DNA of 64,000 nucleotides from Candidatus Marinacidobacterales bacterium (GCA_965226495.1 OZ245365.1:4352001-4416000); one strand, 5' to 3'. Positions 47,099 to 57,529 are shown, counted from the first letter of the stretch. Numbers and translations are program-made. Notes: generated by a model not told the origin, from the sequence alone.

Positions 47099-50000
47099 AT
47101 GTGGAAGACCGTACTGAAGAGAACTGTTCTGACACTCGTAGCCTGCGGATTCGCGCTAACTTGGTCACAAAGTGGGCGCGCGGCGAGTTGCCTCGTCTTG
47201 CGCGGTGACGACCCGCTGGAAATCTTGGCGACGGACGTCAGGCACAACGTTTGGATCGGCATCGACAACTCGGGCTCGATGAGCCGCAGCGTTCCTGGCG
47301 ACCCGCTCGGAAGGGACCGTTTGGATGTGGCCAAGGATGCGCTGGAACTGGTGATCGGTGGCGTCGGCGATGCGGTCAACTGGGGGTTCTTTTATACAGC
47401 ACGGCAACCGGATGGCCCCCCCGGGCCGGGGGATGAAGGCTGCGCGGTTCCGCAAGTACTGAACCCCGACGGTTCACTCCAGACGGCCCAGGGTAACGCA
47501 TACGTCTCTGGGCTCGCCATCGGGGCTTCCCAGCCCCAGTGTGTGGGTCTCGAGTTGAGCGACGCGACCATTCCCGTCGCCTGCGGAGACAACGACAACA
47601 GAGAACAAATCCTGCTAAAGCTCCGACCGGATAGCGAAGGGGGTATTGGCCACAACGCCGGCACCGCGAACGCCCCTTCACTCGATCAAATCGCCAACCT
47701 CATCGCCAACGGTTTCATGGGCCCCTCCCGACCGGCCGGACAAAAGAACATCATCATCTATATTTCCGACGGTGCGGAAGACTGCGCTTGCGAAAGTGAT
47801 CCCGTGGGCGACACTTCAACGTTGCCCGACTTCATCGAGCTGCCAAGCACACATGTGGGCTTCGATGCAGCGCCGCCCCAGGGCACCGCGGTGTTGAGAG
47901 TGGATGGCACACCGGGAAGCCCCGTGTTCGAGGACTTCGCTGCCTTCGGCAGCAACTCCGGATTCCGGGCCGCTTTTAACTCGGGGGTCATGGGCCGGCA
48001 TGCGCTCTCCCGCATCGATCCCACTTTCGACGGCAGCCAAGGGGATATCTTCATCGGATACGTCTTCGATCCGAGCACGCGGTCTCGTAAAGCGGCCAAC
48101 CACTGGAGTTGGCAGTCTTCCGGCTTCGAATGGTCGGGTCGCCCGGAGTGTCCTGTGGAAGGAGGGTTCGGATGCTCTCGACCCGCCTTCATTTCCGACG
48201 ACGCCGACCAGCTGGCCAGCCAGCTGATCAATGTTCTGGCTCAAGTGGGCGTTCCGGAAGCCACGCTCAGCCTGTCCGCCTCGGTAGTCGGCTCGGTGAA
48301 GGAAACTGTTACAACAAGTAATCCGGCCTTGATCGCGGCCGACCTGCTCGCCAGCGGGATTGGCGACACCACGGCCCGAGGGCAAAGAGCATCTCACCGC
48401 AACAATGTTCTCTTTACGACGCAATTCACGACCCCTGACTTCAACGGGAGCCTCAAGGCCTTCAACACTTTCGAAGTTCTGGCAGACCAAACTCGTATTG
48501 CCGACTTCACCGAGCTCTGGGATGCGGGCGAGTTGCTTAGAGACCGCGATCTCTCTGCCGATCCACGGAGGATCTATTTCAACCGTTCGAACGGAACCGG
48601 CGGCCAGTTGAGCTCCGCGTTGGGTTCGACGACTCTCACGCCGGTCGACTTGGGTGTGGGGATAGGATTTCTGAGTGGTCTCGATCCAACAGCGGTCGGA
48701 GCCAAGACCGCTGCGGATGCGGTCGAGATTGTCGAAAAGGTCATCCAAGGCTGGCGGCTGGTGATCGACCCAGCGGATGGATTCTACAAGAGCGATGGTG
48801 TCACGCTGAACTTCTCGGAGTTCGAGGAGGACGGCACGACTCCCGTGTGGAAACTTCGTGAATCGACGCTGTCGTCCCCTGCCGTTGTTCTCGCGCCGCC
48901 ACGATCCCCCGATACAGATGTGCTGGAGCCGGCCGCGGAATACAGCACGTTCTTCGGCACACACATCAACCGGTTGACCACGGTCTACTTAGGGACCAAC
49001 GGTGGAATGCTTAACGCCTTTCGTGCCGATAACGGCTACGAGCTCTACGGTTACATTCCTCATGACTTGATCCCCAAACTGCCGGCCCTCGTGACAAATC
49101 TCGTGGCCGGTGCCAATGGTATCGCGAACCATCAGTTCCACGTTGCGTCCTCGATCACCGTCCAGGATGTCTTTCTCCAAGATGCACCGAGCGGCAACCC
49201 CGAGTGGCGCACCGTGGTGTCCTTCGGACGAGGTCCTGGGGGCAAGTTCTTCACCGCCTTGGACGTTACGGACGTTGGTGACTGGAATGGAACCTCGACG
49301 AACAGTACCCCCGCGGGCTTTCAGCCCCCAACCCGCCTCTTCACCGTCGGCAACACGGATGGAGTCGTCGATGTGGACGTCAACGGAGAAGACTACGATG
49401 GCTTGGGCGAGACCTGGTCGGTTGCGGTAATGGGAAGAGTGCAGAACGGCACCCCCGAAGGTCAATGGGTGCTCTTCGCTGCCTCGGGCTATGGCTGTGA
49501 GGGAACTGAAGAGGGAAGATATCTCTACGTACTCGCGCTCGAGGACGGAGTCATATACCAGAAGCTAGGCCCGATTCCGGACGTGGTAGATGGTGCCGCG
49601 GGCGATGTCGGGGTCGATCAAAACGCCATGGTTGCGACGCCCGCTCTCTACAACCCGCACGAGCCGGGTGTGAACGACGGGAGGGATTTCGTTACTCGAG
49701 TCTATATCGGGGACCTACAAGGGTTGGTGCACAAGCTGGATTGCACCGACGCCGATCCGGCGAACTGGGAGTTCGGCGTCTTCTTCGAGGTGACCAGCGA
49801 AGCCGATCTTTCTGCCGGGCAAGGACTGCACAACCAACCTATCTCCGCTCAAGCCGCGATTATGACGCTTCCCACGACCAGCCGAATTCTGATTTTCTTA
49901 GGGACGGGAGGGGATCGGCGAGTCAGGCTCGTAGAGCCAGACCGGTTCAAGATTGTTGGTATCGAGGACACGGACAACGTAGGGACAGTCCCTGTCGCCG

Positions 50001-50458
50001 ACGCGGGCTTTCCGGGTAACCTAGTCGTTACCGATGGCGGCGATCCCTTTTTCTTCGATCTAGAGGAGGGCCATCGCGTCCTGGTAGCGCCGGTGGCGGC
50101 CAGGGGCACCGGCCTCAATACCAATGGAGTGGTCTTCTTCGCCTCGACCACCAGGGACCTCGAGCCCATCCTTTGCATCCAGGAGTTCTCTAGCAGTCTC
50201 ACGGCAGCAGGCGTCACCGGTGGGCTCGGCACCTTCGATTTAAGTTCGGCGGCCGGGATCCAGGGCACGGTCGACTTGGGCGCAGGGAAAACGACCGGGC
50301 TATTCCACCGCGACGAGCACCTGTACGTCAGCAAGAGCGGCGGGCTCGGCCTTTCTGGAGAGACGACAGTGTTGGGGAGCGACGCGTTTCCAACTCCACC
50401 GGCCTTCTCCGGGAACCTGCAACTCTTCGTGGAGACGTTCCGCTACTCGCCTTTCTAG
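47099..50458 (+). CDS. PilY1/PilC-like adhesin (vWA + beta-propeller)
   Basis: Signal peptide, IDNSGSM MIDAS, ISDG, WDAG, VYLGTNGGMLNAF, ELYGYIP, LGETWS, RVYIGDLQG. Confidence 0.82.
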   Translation: MWKTVLKRTVLTLVACGFALTWSQSGRAASCLVLRGDDPLEILATDVRHNVWIGIDNSGSMSRSVPGDPLGRDRLDVAKDALELVIGGVGDAVNWGFFYTARQPDGPPGPGDEGCAVPQVLNPDGSLQTAQGNAYVSGLAIGASQPQCVGLELSDATIPVACGDNDNREQILLKLRPDSEGGIGHNAGTANAPSLDQIANLIANGFMGPSRPAGQKNIIIYISDGAEDCACESDPVGDTSTLPDFIELPSTHVGFDAAPPQGTAVLRVDGTPGSPVFEDFAAFGSNSGFRAAFNSGVMGRHALSRIDPTFDGSQGDIFIGYVFDPSTRSRKAANHWSWQSSGFEWSGRPECPVEGGFGCSRPAFISDDADQLASQLINVLAQVGVPEATLSLSASVVGSVKETVTTSNPALIAADLLASGIGDTTARGQRASHRNNVLFTTQFTTPDFNGSLKAFNTFEVLADQTRIADFTELWDAGELLRDRDLSADPRRIYFNRSNGTGGQLSSALGSTTLTPVDLGVGIGFLSGLDPTAVGAKTAADAVEIVEKVIQGWRLVIDPADGFYKSDGVTLNFSEFEEDGTTPVWKLRESTLSSPAVVLAPPRSPDTDVLEPAAEYSTFFGTHINRLTTVYLGTNGGMLNAFRADNGYELYGYIPHDLIPKLPALVTNLVAGANGIANHQFHVASSITVQDVFLQDAPSGNPEWRTVVSFGRGPGGKFFTALDVTDVGDWNGTSTNSTPAGFQPPTRLFTVGNTDGVVDVDVNGEDYDGLGETWSVAVMGRVQNGTPEGQWVLFAASGYGCEGTEEGRYLYVLALEDGVIYQKLGPIPDVVDGAAGDVGVDQNAMVATPALYNPHEPGVNDGRDFVTRVYIGDLQGLVHKLDCTDADPANWEFGVFFEVTSEADLSAGQGLHNQPISAQAAIMTLPTTSRILIFLGTGGDRRVRLVEPDRFKIVGIEDTDNVGTVPVADAGFPGNLVVTDGGDPFFFDLEEGHRVLVAPVAARGTGLNTNGVVFFASTTRDLEPILCIQEFSSSLTAAGVTGGLGTFDLSSAAGIQGTVDLGAGKTTGLFHRDEHLYVSKSGGLGLSGETTVLGSDAFPTPPAFSGNLQLFVETFRYSPF

Positions 50459-50469
50459 GTCTTGGAAAC

Positions 50470-50503
50470 AGTGCGGCCGGGGATTTTTGTCCCCGGCCGC
50501 ACT
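50470..50503 (+). terminator. Rho-independent terminator after the pilY1-like gene
   Basis: AGTGCGGCCGGGGA-TTTTTG-TCCCCGGCCGCACT, a 14-bp stem. Confidence 0.75.
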
Positions 50504-50617
50504 CTTCCATTCAGTGGCGGGTTTACGCTTCAGGCATGTCGTGTTAATTTGACACCCGCCGAGCGCCCAACGCTTCGGCTTTCAAACACATTAAAGGTCA
50601 AGATCAGCAGCACCGTG

Positions 50618-50800
50618 GACGAATCCAGTGGAGACATGGCTCACGGAGCCGGAACCTACGAGATCCTAGGCGCCGACGGCTCTCACATCGACCACGGGAA
50701 GTGGATGAACGTTTCCAAGAAGGTCGGCGGGAAGTGGTTGATCGACTGCGACATTTGGAACTCGGACATGCCAGTTCCAACCGGCGGCGGCACCGAGTAA
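50618..50800 (+). pseudogene. C-terminal fragment of a DUF4440/SnoaL-like (NTF2-fold) protein
   Basis: SGDMAHGAGTY...DHGKWMNVSKKVGGKWLIDCDIWNSD; the N-terminal half and start are missing. Confidence 0.7.
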
Positions 50801-50811
50801 TTTTGATTTCC

Positions 50812-50848
50812 GGCGCACCCGCGCGACCGGACGGTCCGCGGGTGCGTC
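50812..50848. terminator. Hairpin between convergent genes
   Basis: GGCGCACCCGCG...CGCGGGTGCGTC stem. Confidence 0.55.
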
Positions 50849-50878
50849 AATCTCTTCTGTACCAGTTTCCGGGGAAGC

Positions 50879-51112
50879 TCAATTCATCGAGCAGGAGCCC
50901 GGACCGCGGGGGTCACCGCAAGGCCCACAGGGCCCGGGAGACTCACTAGCAGCCGCGGCCCCGTTTCCAGTATTCACTGCGAAGACCGAGAGCTGCTTTT
51001 CTAGCTTCTCGCTCTCACAGGAAGGACACTGGGGCGCGTCCGCGCTCGAGCTCAACACAAGCGTCTCGAACCGCTTGTCGCATTCCAGGCAGGCATATTC
51101 GAATATCGGCAT
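50879..51112 (-). CDS. FmdB family zinc-ribbon protein
   Basis: MPIFEYACLECDKRFE, CPSCES, KQLSVF, Cys/Gly-rich tail. Confidence 0.9.
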   Translation of the reverse strand: MPIFEYACLECDKRFETLVLSSSADAPQCPSCESEKLEKQLSVFAVNTGNGAAAASESPGPCGPCGDPRGPGSCSMN

Positions 51113-51135
51113 AACAGAGATTATAGCGCGATTTG

Positions 51136-51450
51136 TTAACGAATCGGAGCGCCGCAGGCCTCGGCGACTCTCCGAACCCGCTCTCTCAGTGTGTCCATCG
51201 TCGTTCGCCCGGCCCCCGTTTGAATCTCGCCCTCTACATCGTCCAGTGCCTGGACCACGCCTTCCACCTCGGCCTTCACGAGCTCGCAGTCCGTTGCGTT
51301 GCGGATGATCTTGGCGGCGGTCTCGGCTTCCTTGACGGCGTCGATGTCGGAAATGGCCCCGCCGAGCTGCTCGCCTAGTCCTTTTTTGTCATCGCTGCAC
51401 GCGGTAGCGACGAATAGAAACCCGGCTAAGACCCAAATACCATGCTTCAT
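51136..51450 (-). CDS. Small helical lipoprotein
   Basis: MKHGIWVLAGFLFVATAC lipobox; AGGA RBS; two further Cys. Confidence 0.7.
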   Translation of the reverse strand: MKHGIWVLAGFLFVATACSDDKKGLGEQLGGAISDIDAVKEAETAAKIIRNATDCELVKAEVEGVVQALDDVEGEIQTGAGRTTMDTLRERVRRVAEACGAPIR

Positions 51451-51804
51451 TTGTTTTCCTTTCGGGGTTGGCTTCCGCAAGAATAGCATCGCCGTGCCGG
51501 TATGCGCCACACCCGGCGCGGCTGACGGTTCCATCCCATTCAAAAGTAACCACTTACACGAAGTGAACCACACGTACCGAATCCCAGTTTCCCTCAGTTT
51601 GACGCAACCGCGGAACATGCCCGATAATGGTTACAACAGCTAACAAAGTTCTAACGGGCGGTTCCGAAGAACGCCTTTTCACCTTACGGGTCGGCCGTAC
51701 AGACGAGCCGATTCCGGTGGGGCACGCTTGTGAACGCGTTCGCCGTTCCTTTCGGCGGCCGGCGCCCTCACACCCGTGCGGCCGCGAAAACAGAGGGATG
51801 TCGG

Positions 51805-53115
51805 ATGAAGTGGACGGACCGGAACCTCGGCGTGTTGTTGGTGGTCTGCCTGTCGCTAGCAGTCCCCGCCGCAGCACAAGAAGGGCCGGTTACTTTTGAG
51901 TTCAGTTTTTCGAACCCGGGCGCGCGCAGCATGGGTTTGGGAGGAGCCTTCGCGGCCATTGCGGACGATGCCACTGCAGCATTCAGCAATCCCGCGGGAC
52001 TCGTCCAGCTACTAGAGCCAGAGGTCTCGCTCGAGGGACGCCGTTGGTCGTACAACACGCCCTTCGTCGCGGGCGGACGTGCATCGGGCGAGCCCACCGG
52101 CATCGGCCTCGATACGGTCAGCGGACCCCGTTACGGCGTCTCTTCGGAAGCGCTCGCCGGTCTCTCCTTCTTGTCCTTCGTTTACCCGGGCAAGAAGTGG
52201 TCCATCGCCGCCTACCGACATCAGTGGGCCAACTTTAGGTTAACCAGACAGGTCGATAGCCTGTTCGGTCTCGTCGATGGCGAGCTCGCGCGCTCGGAGG
52301 ATGTTTTCGCGACCACAGATTTCAAGGTAACCAACAACGGTTTCACGGCCGCCTACCAAATGACACAAAACCTGAGCCTTGGTCTTGGAATCGTTTACTT
52401 CCAGGCGGAGATGGACTCACGGTCGGACGAATTTGCTGCGGATGAAGAAGCTTTCTTCGAAGCCAATCCCCGGCTGCCCGAGTCCCTCGACACCACCTAT
52501 CGCCTTCGCGGAAAGGACTCCGGTGTCTCTCTTCACGGCGGTTTCTTCTGGCGGCACTCAGCGCAGTGGTCCGTGGGCGGCTACTTTCGGGAAGGGCCGC
52601 AATTGATGGTGGAGATTACAGAGGTCGTGGGCCCGGCCAACGACGAGGTGCCGGCCGGAACCGTCGAGCTCGACGCCAGGACTCCGTTCAATCTTCCAAC
52701 CGTCTACGGCCTGGGCGCCGCGTTTCGCGCCAACGACGGGGCGCTGACCATTAGCTTCGAGTGGGACAGGGTCCGCTACTCCTCCATCACCAAGAGCCTC
52801 GATACAAACGTCTTCGATCCCGGGCAGATCCATCTGTCCAATGGAAACGAGCTCCATTTAGGAGTCGAGTATGTTTTCGTAACCGCGAAGCCCATCGTGG
52901 CCCTCCGCGGGGGCGCCTGGCGAGATCCTGCCCATGGTATCGATTCGGGTCCGGAGGCGGATGTCTTCGAGCAGGCCATCTTCAACGGCGGAGACGACCA
53001 AATCCATTTATCCGGAGGCGTCGGTCTGGTACTCAGCAAATTCCAATTCGACGTTGGATTCGATCTCTCGGACACGAGGGACCTGCTGTCGTTCTCGCTC
53101 GTCTTCAGATTCTAA
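51805..53115 (+). CDS. FadL/OmpP1-like outer-membrane beta-barrel
   Basis: Signal peptide, NPGARSMGLGGAFAAIADDATAAFSNPAGL, alternating beta strands, C-terminal FRF. Confidence 0.8.
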   Translation: MKWTDRNLGVLLVVCLSLAVPAAAQEGPVTFEFSFSNPGARSMGLGGAFAAIADDATAAFSNPAGLVQLLEPEVSLEGRRWSYNTPFVAGGRASGEPTGIGLDTVSGPRYGVSSEALAGLSFLSFVYPGKKWSIAAYRHQWANFRLTRQVDSLFGLVDGELARSEDVFATTDFKVTNNGFTAAYQMTQNLSLGLGIVYFQAEMDSRSDEFAADEEAFFEANPRLPESLDTTYRLRGKDSGVSLHGGFFWRHSAQWSVGGYFREGPQLMVEITEVVGPANDEVPAGTVELDARTPFNLPTVYGLGAAFRANDGALTISFEWDRVRYSSITKSLDTNVFDPGQIHLSNGNELHLGVEYVFVTAKPIVALRGGAWRDPAHGIDSGPEADVFEQAIFNGGDDQIHLSGGVGLVLSKFQFDVGFDLSDTRDLLSFSLVFRF

Positions 53116-53125
53116 GGGAGAGTCC

Positions 53126-55591
53126 GTGCGCGATCGCCGGGGCATCCCTTTCGAGCTACTCGACCCCGAGGCGTTCGACTCCCCAGCGCTCCGCCGGCGG
53201 CCGAGTCTCTCAATTGCACTCCTTATCCTCTGCGTGGTGCTAGTGTTTCTCTTCGCACGCTCGGCCTCTGCCGAAACCTGGTTCGAGGCATACCACAAAG
53301 CCGAGGAAGCCCTGACCGACGAGCACTGGAGCGAAGCGATCCGCCACCTCAACAATGCGCTCGAGCAGAAGCCGGACTCGAGTATGCAGGTTCGCACCTA
53401 CGGCATGAGGTTCATCTCGTATTTCCCCTTCCTTAAGCTTGGAGTTGCCTACTACCACTTGGGACAGGCCGACGCCGCTTTGCAGGCTTTCGAGACCGAG
53501 GAGCGTCAAGGAGAGATCCTGGGTTCGGAAAAGGATTACGCCGAGCTCCAGAAGTACCGTGGCTTGATTCAGGAAGCCAACACGGCGGCCGAAAGCGAGA
53601 GAGAGCGACGAGCTCAGCAGGTTGTCGCCGAGAACCTGAAAGCAGCGCGAAAGCTCGAAGGGCAAGGACGCTTCGACGATGCGCTGGCTGCCCTAGCGAA
53701 GACTCTTGCTGTGGCTCCGGAGCTCACCGAGGCTCAAGAGCTGAGACAACGTCTACTGAGATCGGTCGCGGAGCAAGAGCGACGACAGGATGTCAACGAG
53801 CGCATTGCCCGCTTGCTCGATCAGGCAAGAGCCGATTTGAAGGCCGGCAACTACCGCCCGGCAGCGACAAACCTTCGGCAGGCGTTGGACCTGAGAAATG
53901 ACACCGACGTCCTCGCCCTCCTCGAGCAGGCGCAAGAAGGGATCCGCGCCGAAGTCGAGAACGAGCAGGATGCAGGTCAGCGCCAGCGTCTGATCGCTCA
54001 GGGCCTAGAACGCTCAGGCAGACTCGAGGCCGCAGGTGAGCTGATGCGCTCCCTGAATGAGCTTCAGGCCGTTCTAGTCCTCGACCCTCGAAACTCCGAT
54101 GCCCAGCGGCGCCAGGATCGAATCATCCGGCAGCAGGCGGGAGCCGAGGAGATCGAACGTCAAGCGAAGACGGTTCGTCGACTGCTTGGTGAAGCCGAGA
54201 ATATGCTGCGCGTCGGCAACTTCGACCAGGCCCTGCGGAACGCCAACCGCGTGCTCGCGTTCGAGCCGGACAATAGCGCGGCTCTCAGCTGCATCACTCG
54301 CGCCTATGCGAAGCTCAGCGATACATTACTAGCAAACAAGAACGCTCCCCCGGCTATTCTCCTCGACGATCTCCGGCACGACGAGCCGGCAGAAGCACAA
54401 GTTCAAGTGATCGGTTCGCCACAGTTCGTCCTCACCGGCTCGGTTTACGACAACACCCCGGTCGAGCTTTCCCTCATGGACGGCGACCAGGTGGTCGGAA
54501 CGCCGAGAACTCAAACCCGGCAGTTCCAAGGTGTTTGGATAACCACGTTCCGGTTTCAACAACGCATAGACCCCGGTGTGTCGACGTTCGAGGTGGTCGC
54601 GGTGGACGAGGGAGGAAAGACCGCCACCGAGACATACTCGGTCGAGTACGCCGTCCCATTCCTTCGTTCTTGGTGGTTCCCGGGTTCGATCGGGGTGGCC
54701 CTGACATGCCTGGTGTTCGGCTTCGTGGGCCTGCGGGCACGCCGCCGCCATCAGTTGCTGCACCGACGTTTCAACCCATACGTTGCCGGCGCACCCATTC
54801 TGGAGCAGAAGAGGTACTTTGGTCGCCAAGGGTTGCTCGATTACGTCCTGCGAAGGATTCACAACAACAGCATCTTAATCTATGGCGAGAGACGGATCGG
54901 GAAGACCAGCTTCCAGCATCAGCTGAAGCAATGCCTGACAACGCTCGACGACCCCGATCACAAGTTCTACCCCGTTTACATCGACCTCCAGGGCACACCA
55001 CAGGAAAAGTTCTTTTCGACCATGGCGGAGGAGGTCTTTCATGAGCTTCCGCAATACCTCGGCGGAATCCAACCCAGCTCCTCCCTGGGCCAGGACTCCT
55101 ACGGATACCGAGATTTTGTGCAGGATATTCATGGCGTCCTCAAGGCCCTCCGCGGTACAACGACGAAGAGCGTCAAGCTAGTGCTACTCATCGACGAAGT
55201 CGATGAGCTCAACGACTACGACCCGCGCGTCAACCAGAAGTTGCGGAGCCTATTCATGAGAACGTTCGCCGAGAATCTGGTCTCGGTCGTTTCCGGAGTC
55301 GAGATCAAGAAGCACTGGGAACGAGAAGGCAGCCCTTGGTACAACTTTTTCCAAGAGATCGAAGTGAAGCCTCTCGATCACAAAGAGGCGACGGCGCTCA
55401 TCGAGGCCCCGGTACGCGGCGTCTTCACTTTCGCAGACGGAGTCGTTGACGAGATTCTACGGCGAACGAACTGTAAGCCATATCTGATCCAGAGAGTTTG
55501 CTCGGCACTCGTCGACCGACTGCACGAGGAACAACGAAGAAGTTTCACCGTGGCCGATGTCGAGAGCGTCTGCCAACCCGAGGGACTCTAG
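53126..55591 (+). CDS. Membrane protein: signal, TPR repeats, Ig-like segment, TM, STAND-like P-loop ATPase
   Basis: Signal ending ASA-ET; TPR helices; TM WWFPGSIGVALTCLVFGFVGL followed by RARRR; NPYVAGAP..YFGR, Walker A GERRIGKTS, Walker B LLIDEVD, PYLIQRVC. Confidence 0.82.
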   Translation: MRDRRGIPFELLDPEAFDSPALRRRPSLSIALLILCVVLVFLFARSASAETWFEAYHKAEEALTDEHWSEAIRHLNNALEQKPDSSMQVRTYGMRFISYFPFLKLGVAYYHLGQADAALQAFETEERQGEILGSEKDYAELQKYRGLIQEANTAAESERERRAQQVVAENLKAARKLEGQGRFDDALAALAKTLAVAPELTEAQELRQRLLRSVAEQERRQDVNERIARLLDQARADLKAGNYRPAATNLRQALDLRNDTDVLALLEQAQEGIRAEVENEQDAGQRQRLIAQGLERSGRLEAAGELMRSLNELQAVLVLDPRNSDAQRRQDRIIRQQAGAEEIERQAKTVRRLLGEAENMLRVGNFDQALRNANRVLAFEPDNSAALSCITRAYAKLSDTLLANKNAPPAILLDDLRHDEPAEAQVQVIGSPQFVLTGSVYDNTPVELSLMDGDQVVGTPRTQTRQFQGVWITTFRFQQRIDPGVSTFEVVAVDEGGKTATETYSVEYAVPFLRSWWFPGSIGVALTCLVFGFVGLRARRRHQLLHRRFNPYVAGAPILEQKRYFGRQGLLDYVLRRIHNNSILIYGERRIGKTSFQHQLKQCLTTLDDPDHKFYPVYIDLQGTPQEKFFSTMAEEVFHELPQYLGGIQPSSSLGQDSYGYRDFVQDIHGVLKALRGTTTKSVKLVLLIDEVDELNDYDPRVNQKLRSLFMRTFAENLVSVVSGVEIKKHWEREGSPWYNFFQEIEVKPLDHKEATALIEAPVRGVFTFADGVVDEILRRTNCKPYLIQRVCSALVDRLHEEQRRSFTVADVESVCQPEGL

Positions 55592-55594
55592 AAC

Positions 55595-57529
55595 ATGCCC
55601 GTCACTCCCTATGTCGTCGGCCAGTGGGTGCGTGGAAACAAATTCTATGGCCGCCGAGAGCTCGTTGAAGGGATTCTTCACGGCAATCGCAACTGTCTGT
55701 GGCTTCTGGGCACCCGCCGCATAGGCAAGACCTCCATCCTCAAGCAGCTCGAGCACCTGACGTCGAGCTCACCCGAGCTCGGTTACTTTTCTGTATTCTG
55801 GGACTTTCAGGGTGCGGAAAAACCAGAGGATCTAAACGAGAGCTTTGGCGAGTCCTTGCTCGACGCGCTCGACCGGCTCGGAGACGTGGGTATTCCACTC
55901 GAGCGCGTACAGGCCGACGACCTGTTCGAGTCCATCAGCAGACTCCGCCGGGAGCTTCGCGGCAAGAACCTCGTGCTGCTGCTCCTAGGCGACGAAGTGG
56001 AGGAGCTGGTTCACGTCAAGGAGAAAGCACCCCGCTTCCTCCCCCGCCTTCGCCGAGCTCTGCAATCGGCGGAGAACATCCGCACCGTACTGGCCTCGAA
56101 GATCAAACTTTGGGATCTCGCGTCGGAGCAAACCAGCACGTCGCCATTCCTTCACGGTTTCACGCCGCCGCTCTTCGTTCATGGCCTCACGGACGACGAG
56201 GCACGATCGCTGGTCCGTCAGTCCCAGCTGCCCGAGGACTCGAGACCGGACTTCGACGAGAAGACGATCGAGGTCATCCGAACCCACTGCAACAATCACC
56301 CTTACCTTCTCCAACTTCTGTGCGAGCGCTACGTCGAGCGAATGGAGCTCGAGCAGGCGATCGAGGAGATCGCCACCGATCAGATGGTGCGGCACTTCTT
56401 CGCCGTCGACTTCGAGATGTTGACCGAGTCCGAGCGCAATATCATCCGCATCATCGGCGAAGAGAAGGAGGCGACCACCCACGTGATACAGGGGACGCTG
56501 GGCCTTTCGTCGGCCGCTTTGAGCGGTGATCTGTCGCGGCTCAAGAACCTCGGCTTCATCCGGCGAGCCGCCGAGGGCGACTACACCCTGGCGAACTTCT
56601 TCTTCAAGCGGTGGTTCCGTGAGCTTCCGAGAACCGAGCGCGGGGGTCCTGCCGATCCCGGTGTGCTAGAGCCCACTATCCAGGACGCGGACCTCGTAAT
56701 CGGAAACGGAGAGGAGTCTTTCGGCCGAATCGACGAGCGCTATGAGCTCCTGGGTCTCCTCGGACGAGGCGCAACCGGCAAGGTGTACAAAGCGCATGAC
56801 ACGCTCCTCAACACCGTGATCGCGGTCAAGCTGTTCAAGGCGGAGTATTGTGCCGAAGAGGAGGCCGTGGCCAGACTGCGCCGCGAGGTCTTGCTCTCGA
56901 GGAACCTCACGCATCCGAACATTCTCAAGATCTACGATCTCGGTGGCGACAATGACCAAAGGTACGTGACCATGCAATACGTGAAGGGTCCTGACCTGGC
57001 CGAGGTCATATCGAAAGAGGGTCCGCTTGCCATCGGCAAGGCGGTGGCGATCGCCACCAAGCTCGCTGCGGCCTTGGAGGCGGCTCATCAGTCCAAAGTG
57101 CTCCACCGCGACATCAAACCCTCCAACATCTTGATCGACGAGGCCGGTGAGCCACGGATCGCCGACTTCGGTGTAGCACGCCTGCTCGACGGGCCGGAGA
57201 TCACGAAGAGCGGCGTCTTCCTCGGCACCCCCGTATACGCTTCTCCGGAACAGATCACGGGTGCGAGAGTCGACGGCCGCACCGATCTCTACTCGCTGGG
57301 AGTGGTAACTTTCGAAATGGTTGTCGGCCGGCGACCCTTCGTCGCCGATAACGCCGAAAAAATGTGCAGGATGCACATAGAGGCTTCCCCGCCGCCACCG
57401 CGGGATCTCCGGCCGGAGGTATCGGAGGAGCTTTCCGCCATCTTGCTCCGCTGCCTCGCCAAGGATCCCAACCAGCGATTCCAGAATGCGGCCGAGCTGC
57501 GCGATGCGCTCGATGCGCTAGGCATCTAG
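55595..57529 (+). CDS. STAND-like ATPase, wHTH-like segment, Ser/Thr protein kinase fusion
   Basis: TPYVVG..FYGR, GTRRIGKTS, LLGDEVE, HPYLLQLLC, LSRLKNLGFI; kinase GRGATGKV, IAVK, HRDIKPSN, DFG, GTPVYASPEQ. Confidence 0.88.
   Translation: MPVTPYVVGQWVRGNKFYGRRELVEGILHGNRNCLWLLGTRRIGKTSILKQLEHLTSSSPELGYFSVFWDFQGAEKPEDLNESFGESLLDALDRLGDVGIPLERVQADDLFESISRLRRELRGKNLVLLLLGDEVEELVHVKEKAPRFLPRLRRALQSAENIRTVLASKIKLWDLASEQTSTSPFLHGFTPPLFVHGLTDDEARSLVRQSQLPEDSRPDFDEKTIEVIRTHCNNHPYLLQLLCERYVERMELEQAIEEIATDQMVRHFFAVDFEMLTESERNIIRIIGEEKEATTHVIQGTLGLSSAALSGDLSRLKNLGFIRRAAEGDYTLANFFFKRWFRELPRTERGGPADPGVLEPTIQDADLVIGNGEESFGRIDERYELLGLLGRGATGKVYKAHDTLLNTVIAVKLFKAEYCAEEEAVARLRREVLLSRNLTHPNILKIYDLGGDNDQRYVTMQYVKGPDLAEVISKEGPLAIGKAVAIATKLAAALEAAHQSKVLHRDIKPSNILIDEAGEPRIADFGVARLLDGPEITKSGVFLGTPVYASPEQITGARVDGRTDLYSLGVVTFEMVVGRRPFVADNAEKMCRMHIEASPPPPRDLRPEVSEELSAILLRCLAKDPNQRFQNAAELRDALDALGI

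Noticed and set aside
51485-51500. Sigma54-like motif on the minus strand (CCGGCACGGCGATGCT) near an IHF-like site
   Set aside because: GG-to-GC spacing is 9 nt rather than the required 10.
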